Shown in pieces: positions 15,370 through 27,310 of a stretch of 64,000 nucleotides of DNA. The DNA comes from Octopus sinensis. Its lineage: Eukaryota. The notes under the pieces were generated by a model. The model ran no database searches. It saw only the letters and a list, made by a program, of their open reading frames with translations, and was not told the origin of the DNA. The position numbers were made by a program, and so were the translations under genes. The DNA is taken from the NCBI RefSeq assembly GCF_006345805.1, contig NC_042999.1, positions 18,352,001-18,416,000 on the forward strand. Direction: 5' to 3'. Position 1 is the first letter of the stretch, and the number at the start of each line of letters is the position of its first letter.

Positions 15370-15620
15370 GATGAGCAACTAGGAGAGACTACAACGGTTG
15401 AAGGTTTACTCGCTGGAGAAGTTGAGAAAGTTGTGCAGTAGGATACTTATGGAATACGATACATATGGAAGAACCTGCAGAGGTTTTATTCTAGCTGCTC
15501 GTCTAAAATGCCCAAGCTTATGCAGATATGTAACACAAGGGGTTCGATTTCCACAATTGTCTTCAAACGGGCAAAGCTTCATTTCCGAGGGCTCAGGTCG
15601 GCCGAGACGAGAATTTGTTG
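15370..15620 (+). mobile_element. Degenerate CR1-group LINE ORF2 C-terminal fragment
   Basis: MSN*ERLQRLKVYSLEKLR resembles ISYWERLKTLRLYSLERRR of the better-preserved copy at 42350-42835. Confidence 0.5.
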
Positions 15621-16126
15621 ATTCTTTTCCTTGGCTTTTGCATTGCGCTAAAATTTAATTAACAGTAGCTAGAAGAATTTGAAGATTTTCGGCAATTTTC
15701 CGCTGGCTAAGATCAGTCTCAGATTGCTGGACAACACGACCATTTTGAAAGCCTGACAGTTTTGCTGAAATTTTTGTGCGTCGCATGGTAACTCTTCGCA
15801 TATGTTTAATATAATGGCACCTGGAATGAAAAATAATAAATACATTCTAAAGTCTACACCACTGAAATCATATTAAGAAGCTTAGATCAGAAATTTTGGA
15901 ACTTTAAATGTGTCTATTTACTTCCTTGATATCTGTGTAGATGCATTCCGAAAATGCATTGCATAAATGCAGTATTCACAAACAAACACATTCTCAGAGA
16001 TAGAAGTTTCTTTTAGTAAATTGTGATGTGATGTGATGCTGTATACTGAAACATGTAAAAGATGAAATAACGGAAAACCAAGCTTAAGCCCATTGTCTTT
16101 TCTCTCCTTATATACGTATGTATGTG

Positions 16127-16162
<36 letters not shown>

Positions 16163-16226
16163 ACATCATACGCATATATATACTTGTATATACACACATA
16201 CACATATATATATAGTTTTACATATG

Positions 16227-16309
<83 letters not shown>

Positions 16310-16359
16310 ATTTATTCTATTCCCACCAAAATTCTTTCCGATATCCCTAGTAGAGGACA

Positions 16360-16920
16360 GTAACTAGTCTTGCAAAGCATGTCTGGGAATTGAAGGAGAA
16401 TGACACCCATTCTTTCAATGTAACCTGGGAAATTCTAGAAAAAGCATCCACATACAGACATGGAGCTTATAAAAGACCTATGAAATGTAATCTTTGCCTC
16501 TCAGAAAAGTTCTTCATCCTGTTCCAGGATAAACATACATTGAACCAGAGAAACGAGCTCTTAAATTTCTGCAGGCACGCCGTGAAGTTTAAAATGTCGA
16601 CCGATAAAATACCGTACGGGTAACATATTTTGATTTTCGGAAAATTTAGACTGTCGCATTTCAATTTGACTTTACACCTGATAGTTATATTATATTACAA
16701 TGCTAATGTATATTTTGACTACATTTTTAAGAAAGCCTTCGGCTGTTTTACAAGTTTGAGCTTAAGCTTCACCGAAGTGTATTTTTATTGTTTACTCACG
16801 CATTTAATTATGTTATATCAAATTATTGTTCAATTTCCTTATTTTAGCATTTTAATATTTTATACACCAGACAGATTTTTAAAAATTGTTTTCGTATGTA
16901 CATTACGATGTATAAATTTA
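16360..16920 (+). mobile_element. PLE GIY-YIG C-terminal remnant plus probable 3' UTR
   Basis: TSLAKHVWELKENDTHSFNVTWEILEKASTY...CNLCLSEKFFIL...LNQRNELLNFCRH (ORF 16390-16623 plus upstream codons). This is the W..I..A..Y..C.LC..EK..I..LN.R.EL...CRH tail typical of PLE endonucleases. Confidence 0.8.
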
Positions 16921-17269
16921 TCTTTATGTCAAGTTATATATTTATGTGTATGCATCTATATGTATGTGCAAGTATATATATATATATATATTATATATAT
17001 ATATAGCAATTAAGGACAACTACTTAATAAGGAAAACTTAACAAGAAATTGTCAGGTAGATAGCGTGAAAACCACATAAGAGAAAAAATTTCGAAAATAA
17101 TTATTTCTTATTGAACATATTAATTTATATATAGAGGGCATTATACATACATGCCAGATGGCATTATACATACATGCCACACGCTAAGAGGGACAATTAG
17201 TCATTTCTACCAAAAATATTACTAATCCCACCGAATGCAATTTTTCAAAGTAAGACATTTAAAACATAT

Positions 17270-17317
17270 AGACCTGTATCACAGTGATTTCATACTTACG
17301 TATTCATCAGCAGGCCT
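17270..17317 (-). ncRNA. Type I hammerhead ribozyme (family A, copy 1, intact core)
   Basis: Reverse complement: AGGCCTG-CTGATGA-ATAC(GTAA)GTAT-GAAA-TCA(CTG)TGA-TA-CAGGTCT. Confidence 0.8.
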
Positions 17318-17770
17318 GGATGTATCATACATAAACGACCCTGCCTCGCTTAAGCCGATCAGCTAACTGATCAACATCAACGAAGCACATGGGTGAGTTT
17401 ACATATATTACATCCTGTAAATGTCAGACTTTTTTACGAATTGCATTTCGGGAAAGGAAAAGTTTTTTCGGAATAAAAATTTAGCAATTAAGGACAACTA
17501 CTTAATAAGGAAAACTTAACAATAAATTGTCAGGTAGATAGCGTGAAAACCTCATAAGAGAAAAAATTTCGAAAATAATTATTTCTTATTGAACATATTA
17601 ATTTATATATAGAGGGCATTATACATACATGCCAGATGGCATTATACATACATGCCAGATGGCATTATACATACATGCCACACGCTAAGAGGGACAATTA
17701 GTCATTTCTACCAAAAATATTACTAATCCCACCGAATGCAATTTTTCAAAGTAAGACATTTAAAAAATAT

Positions 17771-17818
17771 AGACCTGTATCACAGTGATTTCATACTTAC
17801 GTATTCATCAACAGGCCT
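17771..17818 (-). ncRNA. Type I hammerhead ribozyme (family A, copy 2, C3U core substitution)
   Basis: Same fold, but the core reads TTGATGA (plus strand TCATCAA at 17805-17811). Confidence 0.7.
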
Positions 17819-18190
17819 GGATGTATCATACATAAACGACCCTGCCTCGCTTAAGCCGATCAGCTAACTGATCAACATCAACGAAGCACATGGGTGAGTT
17901 TACATATATTACATCCTGTAAATGTCAGACTTTTTTACGAATTGCATTTCTTATGAGGTTTTCACGCTATCTACCTGACAATTTATTGTTAAGTTTTCCT
18001 TATTAAGTAGTTGTCCTTAATTGCTAAATTTTTATTCCGAAAAAACTTTTCCTTTCCCGAAATGCAATTCGTAAAAAAGTCTGACATTTACAGGATGTAA
18101 TATATGTAAACTCACCCATCTGCTTCGTTGATGTTGATCAGTTAGCTGATCGGCTTAAGCGAGGCAGGGTCGTTTATGTATGATACATCC

Positions 18191-18238
18191 AGGCCTGCTG
18201 ATGAATACGTAAGTATGAAATCACTGTGATACAGGTCT
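18191..18238 (+). ncRNA. Type I hammerhead ribozyme (family A, copy 3, intact core)
   Basis: Stem I AGGCCTG/CAGGTCT (7 bp, one G-U), CTGATGA at 18198-18204, stem II ATAC/GTAT, GAAA at 18217-18220, stem III TCA/TGA, AUA triplet. Predicted cut after 18231. Confidence 0.8.
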
Positions 18239-18668
18239 ATATTTTTTAAATGTCTTACTTTGAAAAATTGCATTCGATGGGATTAGTAATATTTTTGGTA
18301 GAAATGACTAATTGTCCCTCTTAGCGTGTGGCATGTATGTATAATGCCATCTGGCATGTATGTATAATGCCCTCTATATATAAATTAATATGTTCAATAA
18401 GAAATAATTATTTTCGAAATTTTTTCTCTTATGAGGTTTTCACGCTATCTACCTGACAATTTATTGTTAAGTTTTCCTTATTAAGTAGTTGTCCTTAATT
18501 GCTAAATTTTTATTCCGAAAAAACTTTTCCTTTCCCGAAATGCAATTCGTAAAAAAGTCTGACATTTACAGGATGTAATATATGTAAACTCACCCATGTG
18601 CTTCGTTGATGTTGATCAGTTAGCTGATCGGCTTAAGCGAGGCAGGGTCGTTTATGTATGATACATCC

Positions 18669-18716
18669 AGGCCTGCTGATGAATACGTAAGTATGAAATC
18701 ACTGTGATACAGGTCT
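18669..18716 (+). ncRNA. Type I hammerhead ribozyme (family A, copy 4, intact core)
   Basis: Identical to copy 3 and 478 nt downstream. Predicted cut after 18709. Confidence 0.8.
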
Positions 18717-18853
18717 ATATTTTTTAAATGTCTTACTTTGGAAAAATTGCATTCGGTGGGATTAGTAATATTTTTGGTAGAAATGACTAATTGTCCCTCT
18801 TAGCGTGTGGCATGTATGTATAATGCCATCTGGCATGTATGTATAATGCCCTC

Positions 18854-18900
<47 letters not shown>

Positions 18901-18999
18901 TTGTGTGTGTGTGTGCATATATGTATATATATTTGTGTGTATATATATGCATATATATATATATGTATATATATATAATGATAAATATCAAAGTGAGTT

Positions 19000-19270
19000 A
19001 TATACAGTAGCGGTAACACATCGTGACGTATTTTTGCCATTTCAATATGGCTAACCCCTAAGGGTGGATGCTACTGTAGTTTTTAGTCCCAGGAGGACAC
19101 GCTCCTCCAGCTGGCCATAGACACACTATCTGTGTCCTGTCAGTATTTGCAAAGGGAAGTCATCCTTCCCGTCTTCAACTTATGATACACACGGACTCGA
19201 GTTTCGAGGTATTGACCTCTCGTCAGCGTGTGACAATCATAGTTGTCGCCGAGAATTTAGTGTATATACG
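19000..19270 (-). mobile_element. pLTR-like repeat carrying a canonical minimal hammerhead (family C)
   Basis: GC-richer non-coding segment containing the HHR at 19188-19232. Boundaries approximate. Confidence 0.5.
19188..19232 (-). ncRNA. Minimal type I hammerhead ribozyme (family C), fully canonical
   Basis: Reverse complement: CACACG-CTGACGA-GAGG(TCAATA)CCTC-GAAA-CTCGAG-TC-CGTGTG. Perfect 6-bp stem I, 4-bp stem II, loopless palindromic stem III, GUC triplet. Confidence 0.85.
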
Positions 19271-19604
19271 TATATTTTAGATTATTTGGCATGTGTATAT
19301 ATTGCTAAGTGTGTATATAATCTGTCCTGAAAAATTTTAAATGCATATATCTTTTAATTTATTAATATTTTACAGCTAATTATTTACCCTGGGTACTCAG
19401 GCCTGTTCCGTCTTTATAAGCTATTCTTGGTTTAAGGTTTTCTTCGATTTTTATGGTATGATTTTAAACGGCCATTCGTTAATTCATGCAGCCGGTTATT
19501 GGAAATACTCTTTATTGAAAGGATCAATTGAAATTAAAACATTTTTAAATGTGTATCTATCAAAACAATTGTATTTCTGCATATAACTTTATCATGCTCC
19601 ATTC

Positions 19605-19680
19605 TAAGAACTGTCCGACGAACGGGGACGTGAAGCCCTGAGTAAAGTTGTTGCGATATTTTTGTTGCTTTTTAATAAAG
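19605..19680 (+). repeat. Family-B repeat with degenerate CCGACGA hammerhead-like motif
   Basis: AACTGT-CCGACGA-ACG(GGGA)CGT-GAAG-CCCTGAG-TA-AAGTT. GAAA is mutated to GAAG. Confidence 0.6.
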
Positions 19681-19769
19681 AGTATATATATATATACATA
19701 TATATGAATGCCTATACATATATATACATTTATTTGTACATATATACAGACATATACATATACATATTG

Positions 19770-19822
<53 letters not shown>

Positions 19823-21760
19823 ATTATATATATATATATATGTACGTGTGTCTGTATGTGCATGTATATATGGATATGAGTGTCTGTGTAAGAATGTGGA
19901 TGTGTGGATATATAAACATGTAGGCATCTATATATGCGTGTGTGTGTATGTGTGTATGTTATATAGTATACGTGCATGAATATCTGTATGAATGAGCTCT
20001 CTCTCTCTCTCTCTTGCACACATACACTTACACACACACATACATATCTGCATATATATATTCGCATGCATAAAACACTGTGGGAGTGTATGTGCACGTG
20101 CGTATGTGTAAATGTATTTATGTTTGTGCAAAGACATATATACATATTCGCATGTATTCACATACTACGTTATCTTTTCTTTGATCAGATATAATTTGTA
20201 TACAATTTAATTCATATTTATAGCAATATATATATACGTGAACATATGTAATCATATTATTGCCGCATGAAGATGTCAGTATATGATGTGATATGCTTGT
20301 GTGCCAATGTGTAAATTCCGTGCCAACATTTATATCTATAAATACTGACAACCAAGAAGAATTCAGACATTTCTACGTAAATATAGAAATATGTATATAC
20401 AGAGAACTATACATATATACATACATATACTTAAGCATACTTTCACGCACCCACAAACACACACATATAAACACAAATACACACACACACATATTCACAC
20501 AGACTCACATATATGGAATGAATGTAGACGTCAGTTAATTTCTGCGGCTTTAGATATTTGTGTTCAGAGGCCAAAAATTGACGATTAATTTAACGAATCA
20601 AAGAAATGTCTGTTGCCTCAATGATCATTTGACATACAAACCAAAGTCAGCATTTAGATTTTTCTAAGTCGGAGACACTTAATTGAACTCGACTACATAG
20701 ATATTATTTGTAAATTATTGTCTGGTGAGAGTGCTGAAGGTGTTTGCGTTGGAGTTAGATTCAATCTATGCTGTAGGTTTGTGAGGGCGAATGGTTTAGT
20801 GTTTAGGTTATATAAATCACGTTTGTGAGATCGTTTTTAAATTATGAACCAGATGGTGTTTTGTTGTCTTGAGCAAAGTACTTCATCTCATATTGCATTA
20901 CGATCGTTTCGACACCAGCACATGTTATGTTCGGGCAACGGCGATCTGAAGGAGGGAGTGAGCTGTTGTATATCATAAACATTTGATCACTACAAATAAA
21001 TTATTCCTGCACCTTGATCAGCAAAAGGTTTCAGAACGTGTTCCTCGGACTGCAAGAAACTAACATCATTACCGTGTTGCTGGTTTATAATATCTTATTG
21101 TTGCGTTTATTGTTTTGTTGCAAACTGTTTTAGCTGAAAGCGAAATATACGATATAGTGTGGAGATGGTCCTTTGGGCAAGCAGATGTAATATTTTCAGG
21201 GTTCACTTTCAGTATAAGAGAATACAGGAATGTAATGTAGAAGTGTAACGTTTCTTGTTATATATGTTCTCAATAGTTAAAGTTGTGCATAGGCAGAGCT
21301 GTTTGTGATGTGGAATAGCATACTGTACAGTATGTCATTTTACATAGCCAAATATTCATTTTTCATATATTTTAAGTTTGACTCTATAAATACAGGAAGG
21401 TATCCCTGATATCGGTGAAGGTTCCCAGATTTAAACACGATTTCTTTCATCTCATATTTATAATTGTTCCAGTGAGTAGCGTCGGATGTTGCGTGGGCAT
21501 CTTCCATGAAGAGGTTTTCTTCGACCAAAAAATATAAACTATTGTATTCTAAAGTATTCGTTTCGTCTTTTAACTGAACCGCTAAGTTGCGGGAACGTAA
21601 AAAAAGGAACAATAGTTCTCGACTGGTGTGAAGCTAAAGATATGCACGCCTACATGCATACATACACACACACACGCGCACACTTAAACACACACTCACA
21701 CACATATATATACAGAGAGAGAGAGAGAATGAGAGCAAGAGATGGCAGTCTTTTGAATAT

Positions 21761-22165
21761 AGGTGCAGGAGTGACTGTGTAGTAAATAATTTGTTTACCA
21801 ACCACATGGTTCCAGGTTCTGCGTGGCATCTTGCGCAAGTGTCTACTGATATAGCCTCGGGCTGACCAAAGCCTTGTGAGTGGATTTGGTAGACGGAAAC
21901 TGAAAGAAGCCCGTCGTGTGTATATACACATGAGTGAGTGTGTGCGTATATGTATATGTGTACATGTTTGTGCGTCTGTGTCTGTCCCTCGCTATATCAT
22001 ATGAAAACCGATGCTGCTGTGTTTACGTCCCCATAACTTAATCGACCCCGAAAGGATGAAAGGCAAAGTCAATCTCGGCGGAATTTGAACTCAGAACGTA
22101 GCGGCATACGAAATACCGCTAAGCATTGTGCCCGGTGCGCTATCGTTTCTGCAAGCTCGCCGCCT
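21761..22165. mobile_element. SINE family 1 5' part (+, 21761-22040) joined to SINE family 2 fragment (-, 22041-22165)
   Basis: Homology switches at ...CCCCATAACTTA|ATCGACCCCGAAAGGATG. Confidence 0.8.
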
Positions 22166-22862
22166 TGTGATGGAGGTTATATTATACAGTTGTAGACGTG
22201 ATCGCACAGCTGCAGTATTGCACTTGAAATGTAGTACTATTGCTGTAATAGGAGCGGAAATTATGCAATGAAAATATCTGCGTCTTTTCGACTTGTACAG
22301 GTCTTCTGAGGGTAATTTTTGCTGAAGTTTCAGCGGGAGAAAGGGTTAAATGAGTACCCAGAGCGCGTTCCATTACCCCGTATACAAAATAATCATGCAA
22401 TGATTTACATGTTGTACTTGAAATTTATAATCACAAATAATATGAAGGAACAAAGTCATTACGTTTTTGCGTGATTAGTTTTCTCTAGGAGCTCATAATA
22501 AGCTCCGGCCTATTTGCCCATATTAGGGGCAAGAAATAATATTGAAATTGACCGTGAGTACATAACTCGCCCGCCAAAACGTTAAGCTAAATCTACGAAT
22601 TATTCCAATATACAATGAAATGGATTATGTGTTTCATAATCAAGACAGGGATTTATGGGTCGGTAGAATTGGTTTGATGTTTTCAATTCGACGTTGTCAA
22701 TTCGATCAACTCCAGAACTCGTTAAAACATTTGGCCTCGAATCTTCTTCAGAAACAAAAAATTAGAGAGTCTGACAAGACGTGAAAATTTTCTATTTCTA
22801 TATGATAAATACACACACGAACACCCACACACAACCTTACAAACACCTACACAAACACTTGG

Positions 22863-22864
<2 letters not shown>

Positions 22865-22907
<43 letters not shown>

Positions 22908-23049
22908 TGTGTGTGTGTGTTTATATGTGTATACACACATACATATATATGCATATCTACACACACATACATATGTACATATATATATATATATATACAC
23001 ATATATATATATATATGTATATATGTATATATATGTACATATATATATA

Positions 23050-23083
<34 letters not shown>

Positions 23084-23090
23084 TATGTAC

Positions 23091-23139
<49 letters not shown>

Positions 23140-23145
23140 CTTTTG

Positions 23146-23190
<45 letters not shown>

Positions 23191-23220
23191 TTTGATAATA
23201 TATATATATATATATATATA
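22865..23220. repeat. (TA)n-rich microsatellite
   Basis: Directly visible. Confidence 0.95.
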
Positions 23221-23705
23221 TTCTATTTTTGTAGCAGTAAATTTCTTCCAGCTTAAGGTCTGCCCTTGTCATCTCAAAGACGTTCAAAATTTGTTTACCA
23301 AAGAAAGGAGTAATGTTATTCAACCGTGCTCAATGAACCAGAATTAGAAGCATCAGTTTGGTGTTATAATTCTGCGACAGATTTAATTCTTCGATTCAAC
23401 TTCTGACCAAACATTCTGCATCAATATCGGGTCCAAACAGAATCTTATTGATTTTCTATTTTATTTTTACTTTTATATTTCTTTTTTTTTAAACTAATCT
23501 CTATCAGTCTGGTTGCAGTGTTAGTCTCCTTCTTTATTCATTCCTTTGTTGTTTTTGCTGGAAGTGTTGTGCATGTTGTTTTTGTTGCTGCTGTTGTTGT
23601 TGTTACAGACATTATGAATATTAATGCTACGTATAAATAAGCGATTAAAACACTGCAGTCTCCCAAAATAACTGATGGTTTTGGAGCCCCAATAGTTTCC
23701 AGTCT

Positions 23706-23709
<4 letters not shown>

Positions 23710-23763
<54 letters not shown>

Positions 23764-23891
23764 GTTCCTACTCTTTCAGTAGCTTATACGCATTGCGTTC
23801 TCATCCTGTGCTTAGGTATTTTTGTAGTTGTTGCAATGTGATAATCATCAATGTTTTCGTTGCTTAAACTATAATAATAATAATAATAATA

Positions 23892-23936
<45 letters not shown>

Positions 23937-24005
23937 TAATAATAATAATAAAAGTAATAATAATAATAACAATAACATTAACAATAACAATAATACTAAT
24001 AATGC

Positions 24006-24039
<34 letters not shown>

Positions 24040-24056
24040 TATAATTATAATTATTA

Positions 24057-24102
<46 letters not shown>

Positions 24103-24152
24103 TACTATTATTATTATTATTTTATTATTATTATTATTATTATTACTATTAC

Positions 24153-24188
<36 letters not shown>

Positions 24189-24222
24189 TTTTATTATTAT
24201 TATTATCATTATTATTATTATT
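23710..24222. repeat. (ATT)n and (AAT)n tracts; 23869-24222 is an (AAT)n followed by (ATT)n inversion
   Basis: Directly visible. Confidence 0.95.
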
Positions 24223-24525
24223 AAGTGAGAGATTAGTGCATCCGATCAAAGTGAGTTGGGGTAAAATTTACGAAACCTATTATACCCATTATAACTACAC
24301 GTCTGATAAAGGTACGCCAGGAACATGCATCACAAGAATATGTGCGCGAAATGGTCATCTCATATGAAGATAAGCAATGCATGATGTTGCAGGTGGGGCA
24401 GAGTTAGAACTTTCTCCAGGTCGAGTAGCCCATCGAGCTCAAAAGATCCCTGAATAAAGGTTGTTTAAGGATGATGAACGAAATACCTGTTTCCAAACGT
24501 GAATTACCCAAATCTCTATCAACAA
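24223..24525 (-). mobile_element. ~300-bp non-coding retroposon-like repeat with (AAT)n tail
   Basis: Reverse complement aligns along its length with 60200-60540 (e.g. ATCCTTAAACA..TATTCAGGGA..TTTTGAGCT.GATGGGCTACTC.ACCTG). Confidence 0.7.
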
Positions 24526-24533
24526 ACGGCTTC

Positions 24534-24565
<32 letters not shown>

Positions 24566-24683
24566 CTTCTTCTTCTCTTCTTCTTCTTCATCATCATCAT
24601 ATTCTTATTATTATTAGAAGTATTAATAGTAGTAGAAGCAGCAGTAGTAGTAATAGTAGTAGTAGTAGTAGTAGTAGTAGTGA

Positions 24684-24742
<59 letters not shown>

Positions 24743-24744
24743 TC

Positions 24745-25460
24745 ATTGCACAGCTTCTAACGCTGTACTACGGTGTCGGCGGTTCTCTACCAGTGAACAA
24801 AGGTAACGCCTCTTAGTTTTCGAGCACTTTCCGGAGCACTCGAACGGTTCCAAGCAGTGCTATTTTCTGCAAGTGCTCAACCCGTATTGCATCCCATATT
24901 TGTTCCATGTACTTCTAGAGATTTTTACTCACTGTTCTCAGAGCTCTGACAATTATTGTTATCACTACCACCTTTTTCATCAACCACAACTGCTTTACCG
25001 TCCAAGCTAACCTGTCTTATCTCTCGACTTTTCTCTCTTCCTTATCGCATGCATTGTTTTCACCTGGGCATGCTAAATCTATGATCCAGCATAATTTACT
25101 TTCTTGGGGTTTTGTCGGAACTACTTGAGTCTAGCAAGAGTAGGGAGCTTGCTATCTACAGCCTACAGTCACATGCTATATTCCTTCCACTATCTAATAC
25201 TTTCCAGATTATTCTGGCCGTGCGAAGATGGCCAACTTGTTAGAACAGTTCTACTTGGCTTTCTATTCCCATTCCCTTTATTTTCTTCCTGATGCCTTCT
25301 GATGCTTTCCCCAAGGACCGAACAATGATTGGCAATATCTTCTTTATTTCCTGTACCCGGGCTATTTCATAATTGAGAGAATTGTGCACGTCTAATTTGT
25401 GTCTTAATTCTTGATTCTTCGTGGGTCTTATGGGCACGCAACAACAATTATATAGCACGT
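24745..25460 (-). mobile_element. R4/Dong-like non-LTR retrotransposon 3' end with two tandem restriction-like endonuclease (RLE) domains, 3' UTR and (CTA)n tail
   Basis: Domain 1: CYII(V)VACP*DPR...HNSLNYEIAR..KKILPIIVRSL...RTARIIWKVL. Domain 2 follows in frame: CWIIDLACP..N..DKEERKVER*DRL...LW.MKKVVVITIIVRAL...LQKIALLGTVRVLRKVLEN* (stop at 24813-24815). Several stops and frameshifts. Confidence 0.8.
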
Positions 25461-26959
25461 GTGGTTCACTTTGTCAACTATCAATAGGTCCGGTTTGTTA
25501 TGCTCTAGCACCTTGCATTAAGAAATTTCGATGGAGGCCTTGCGTTTCTTGGAAAATATTTTGAAACTTTCGATGAACTCTTTACCAAAAGGCAGCGTTT
25601 GCTTGGTTGGTTCCAGATGGTTACATATTTACATGCGTATGTCGAAGAATCTCTCGATCTTTTATGTAGGGTGCTGAGATTAGAAAATACACTGCATTGC
25701 TAACTATTACATAAAATGGCATTGACTATTTTGAACCCCAAAATACGATGGGTGCGTCGTATGTGCGATGTTCCTTACACCAAATACCAATAATAAAACG
25801 GCTGCTTCGTTATACCTGATTTTTTGGAGTGCAATATAGCCACAAATTCACAATTCAATTCAAGATATTCCATATCATTTGCATGCAAATGAATTGATGG
25901 ATTGCAAGATAAAATTTGTTATTTTCCTGTTATATTGAACCGCATCTTTCTTGAGAAGATGGCGCACAAGCAATACATTCTTTTGCACAACATAATGATG
26001 TCGTAGTAATGTTTTCCTGAAACTTATGGTGCTACCAAAATCCAGTTATAACGGCTCATGTTGCCGAAATTCTAAGCTGTTCTTCATGGGAAAATTTACT
26101 ACGAATAAACGTTATGCCCTCCAGTCTTTAATAATATATCATTGCAATGTTCGCTACAGCTGAGAAAACTTGAACAATTCCTAGTTGGTAAATTCGACGC
26201 CTGGTGGAAATTCAGATAAAATATCTGAAGAAACACACCTCTGATGTACTGAACTAGAAATGGAGAATATAAAACTGTAAGAAACTGATCGCTGGCACTA
26301 CATCGTACCGCAAATCGAGAATATATCTGGTATGAGTGAGTTGCAGATCATTATCTGCATACCTAATATTTACAACAGAGAAGATCACTGTCTCCAAGTA
26401 ATTGTGAAAATAGCAAGCAACAATCAATAGGGGAATTTACTTGCCGTGATAAAACTGAACGTTTTGATAATTCAATGCGATTTTTCTCATCTTACACGTA
26501 AATTTCTACATCGGAGCCATTGATGCTGAGTTTGATAGCATCGCCCTAATGGGACAAGCTTTGAAATTGAGGCATCGGGAACGCTACCAGTAATATACAA
26601 AAGCCATACGTTTTGGGCCGATAAAAATATTTTGGAAAAAATGTCGCTTTATCTTTTTACGTACATTAGATTCTTGTCAGTTACACTTATCCTATAACAA
26701 AGATAAAATATTCATAATGTAGGGTATTTGCTATTTTTCTATTCCTTAGCGACAATATACATGTATCTGAACGTTGTTCTTACAACTTTTGTGCATCTTC
26801 AGTTTCTGTAAAAAGCAACTGGCTAGTTGTGATGTTAGCGAAATTGTAATACAACTCGCTTGTTCGGCAGAATGCATAGCATCTGCACCTCCGCTTTTTT
26901 ACGTTATGAGTTCATGTCCTGCCGAGGTCAACATTGTATTTAATCACTTCGAGGTCGGA

Positions 26960-27310
26960 AAAAGAAACGTAACCTGTTATGCCTATCAACTTTTCTTTCT
27001 TCCTTATCGCATACCTTGTTGTCATCTGGGCATGCTATATCTATGATCCAGCATAGTTTACTTTCTTGTGGTTTTGTCGGAACTCCTGGTTTTCTTGCAG
27101 GAGTAGGGGGCTTGCTATCAGCCAGCCTACAGTCCCATTCTATGTTCATATGAACTAATACTTTACAGATTATTCTGGCCGTGCGAAGGAGGCCAAGTTG
27201 TTGCAACAGTTCTGCTGGGCACTCTATTCCCATTCTCTTTATATTCCTCCTGATGCCTTCTGATAGTTTCGCCAAGGACCGAACACTGATTGGCACTATC
27301 TTCTTCGTTT
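26960..27310 (-). mobile_element. Second R4/Dong-like RLE fragment spanning the same domain1-domain2 junction
   Basis: ORF 26940-27296: (KKIV)PISVRSL...RTARIICKVLVHMNIEWDCRL...CWIIDIACPDDNKVCDKEERKVDRHN, open through the junction. Confidence 0.8.

Larger units (their letters stand above)
17005..18864. repeat. Head-to-head array of 478-nt hammerhead-bearing units (2 tandem on minus, 2 tandem on plus); PLE-pLTR or retrozyme-like
   Basis: Unit starts at 17006 and 17484 (period 478). Inversion junction at 17950/17951; inverted unit starts at 17951 and 18429 (period 478). Units differ at only a handful of bases. Internal 23-nt repeat GGCATTATACATACATGCCAGAT is present twice (three times in unit 2). 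Non-coding; both ends lie in (TA)n. Confidence 0.95.
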
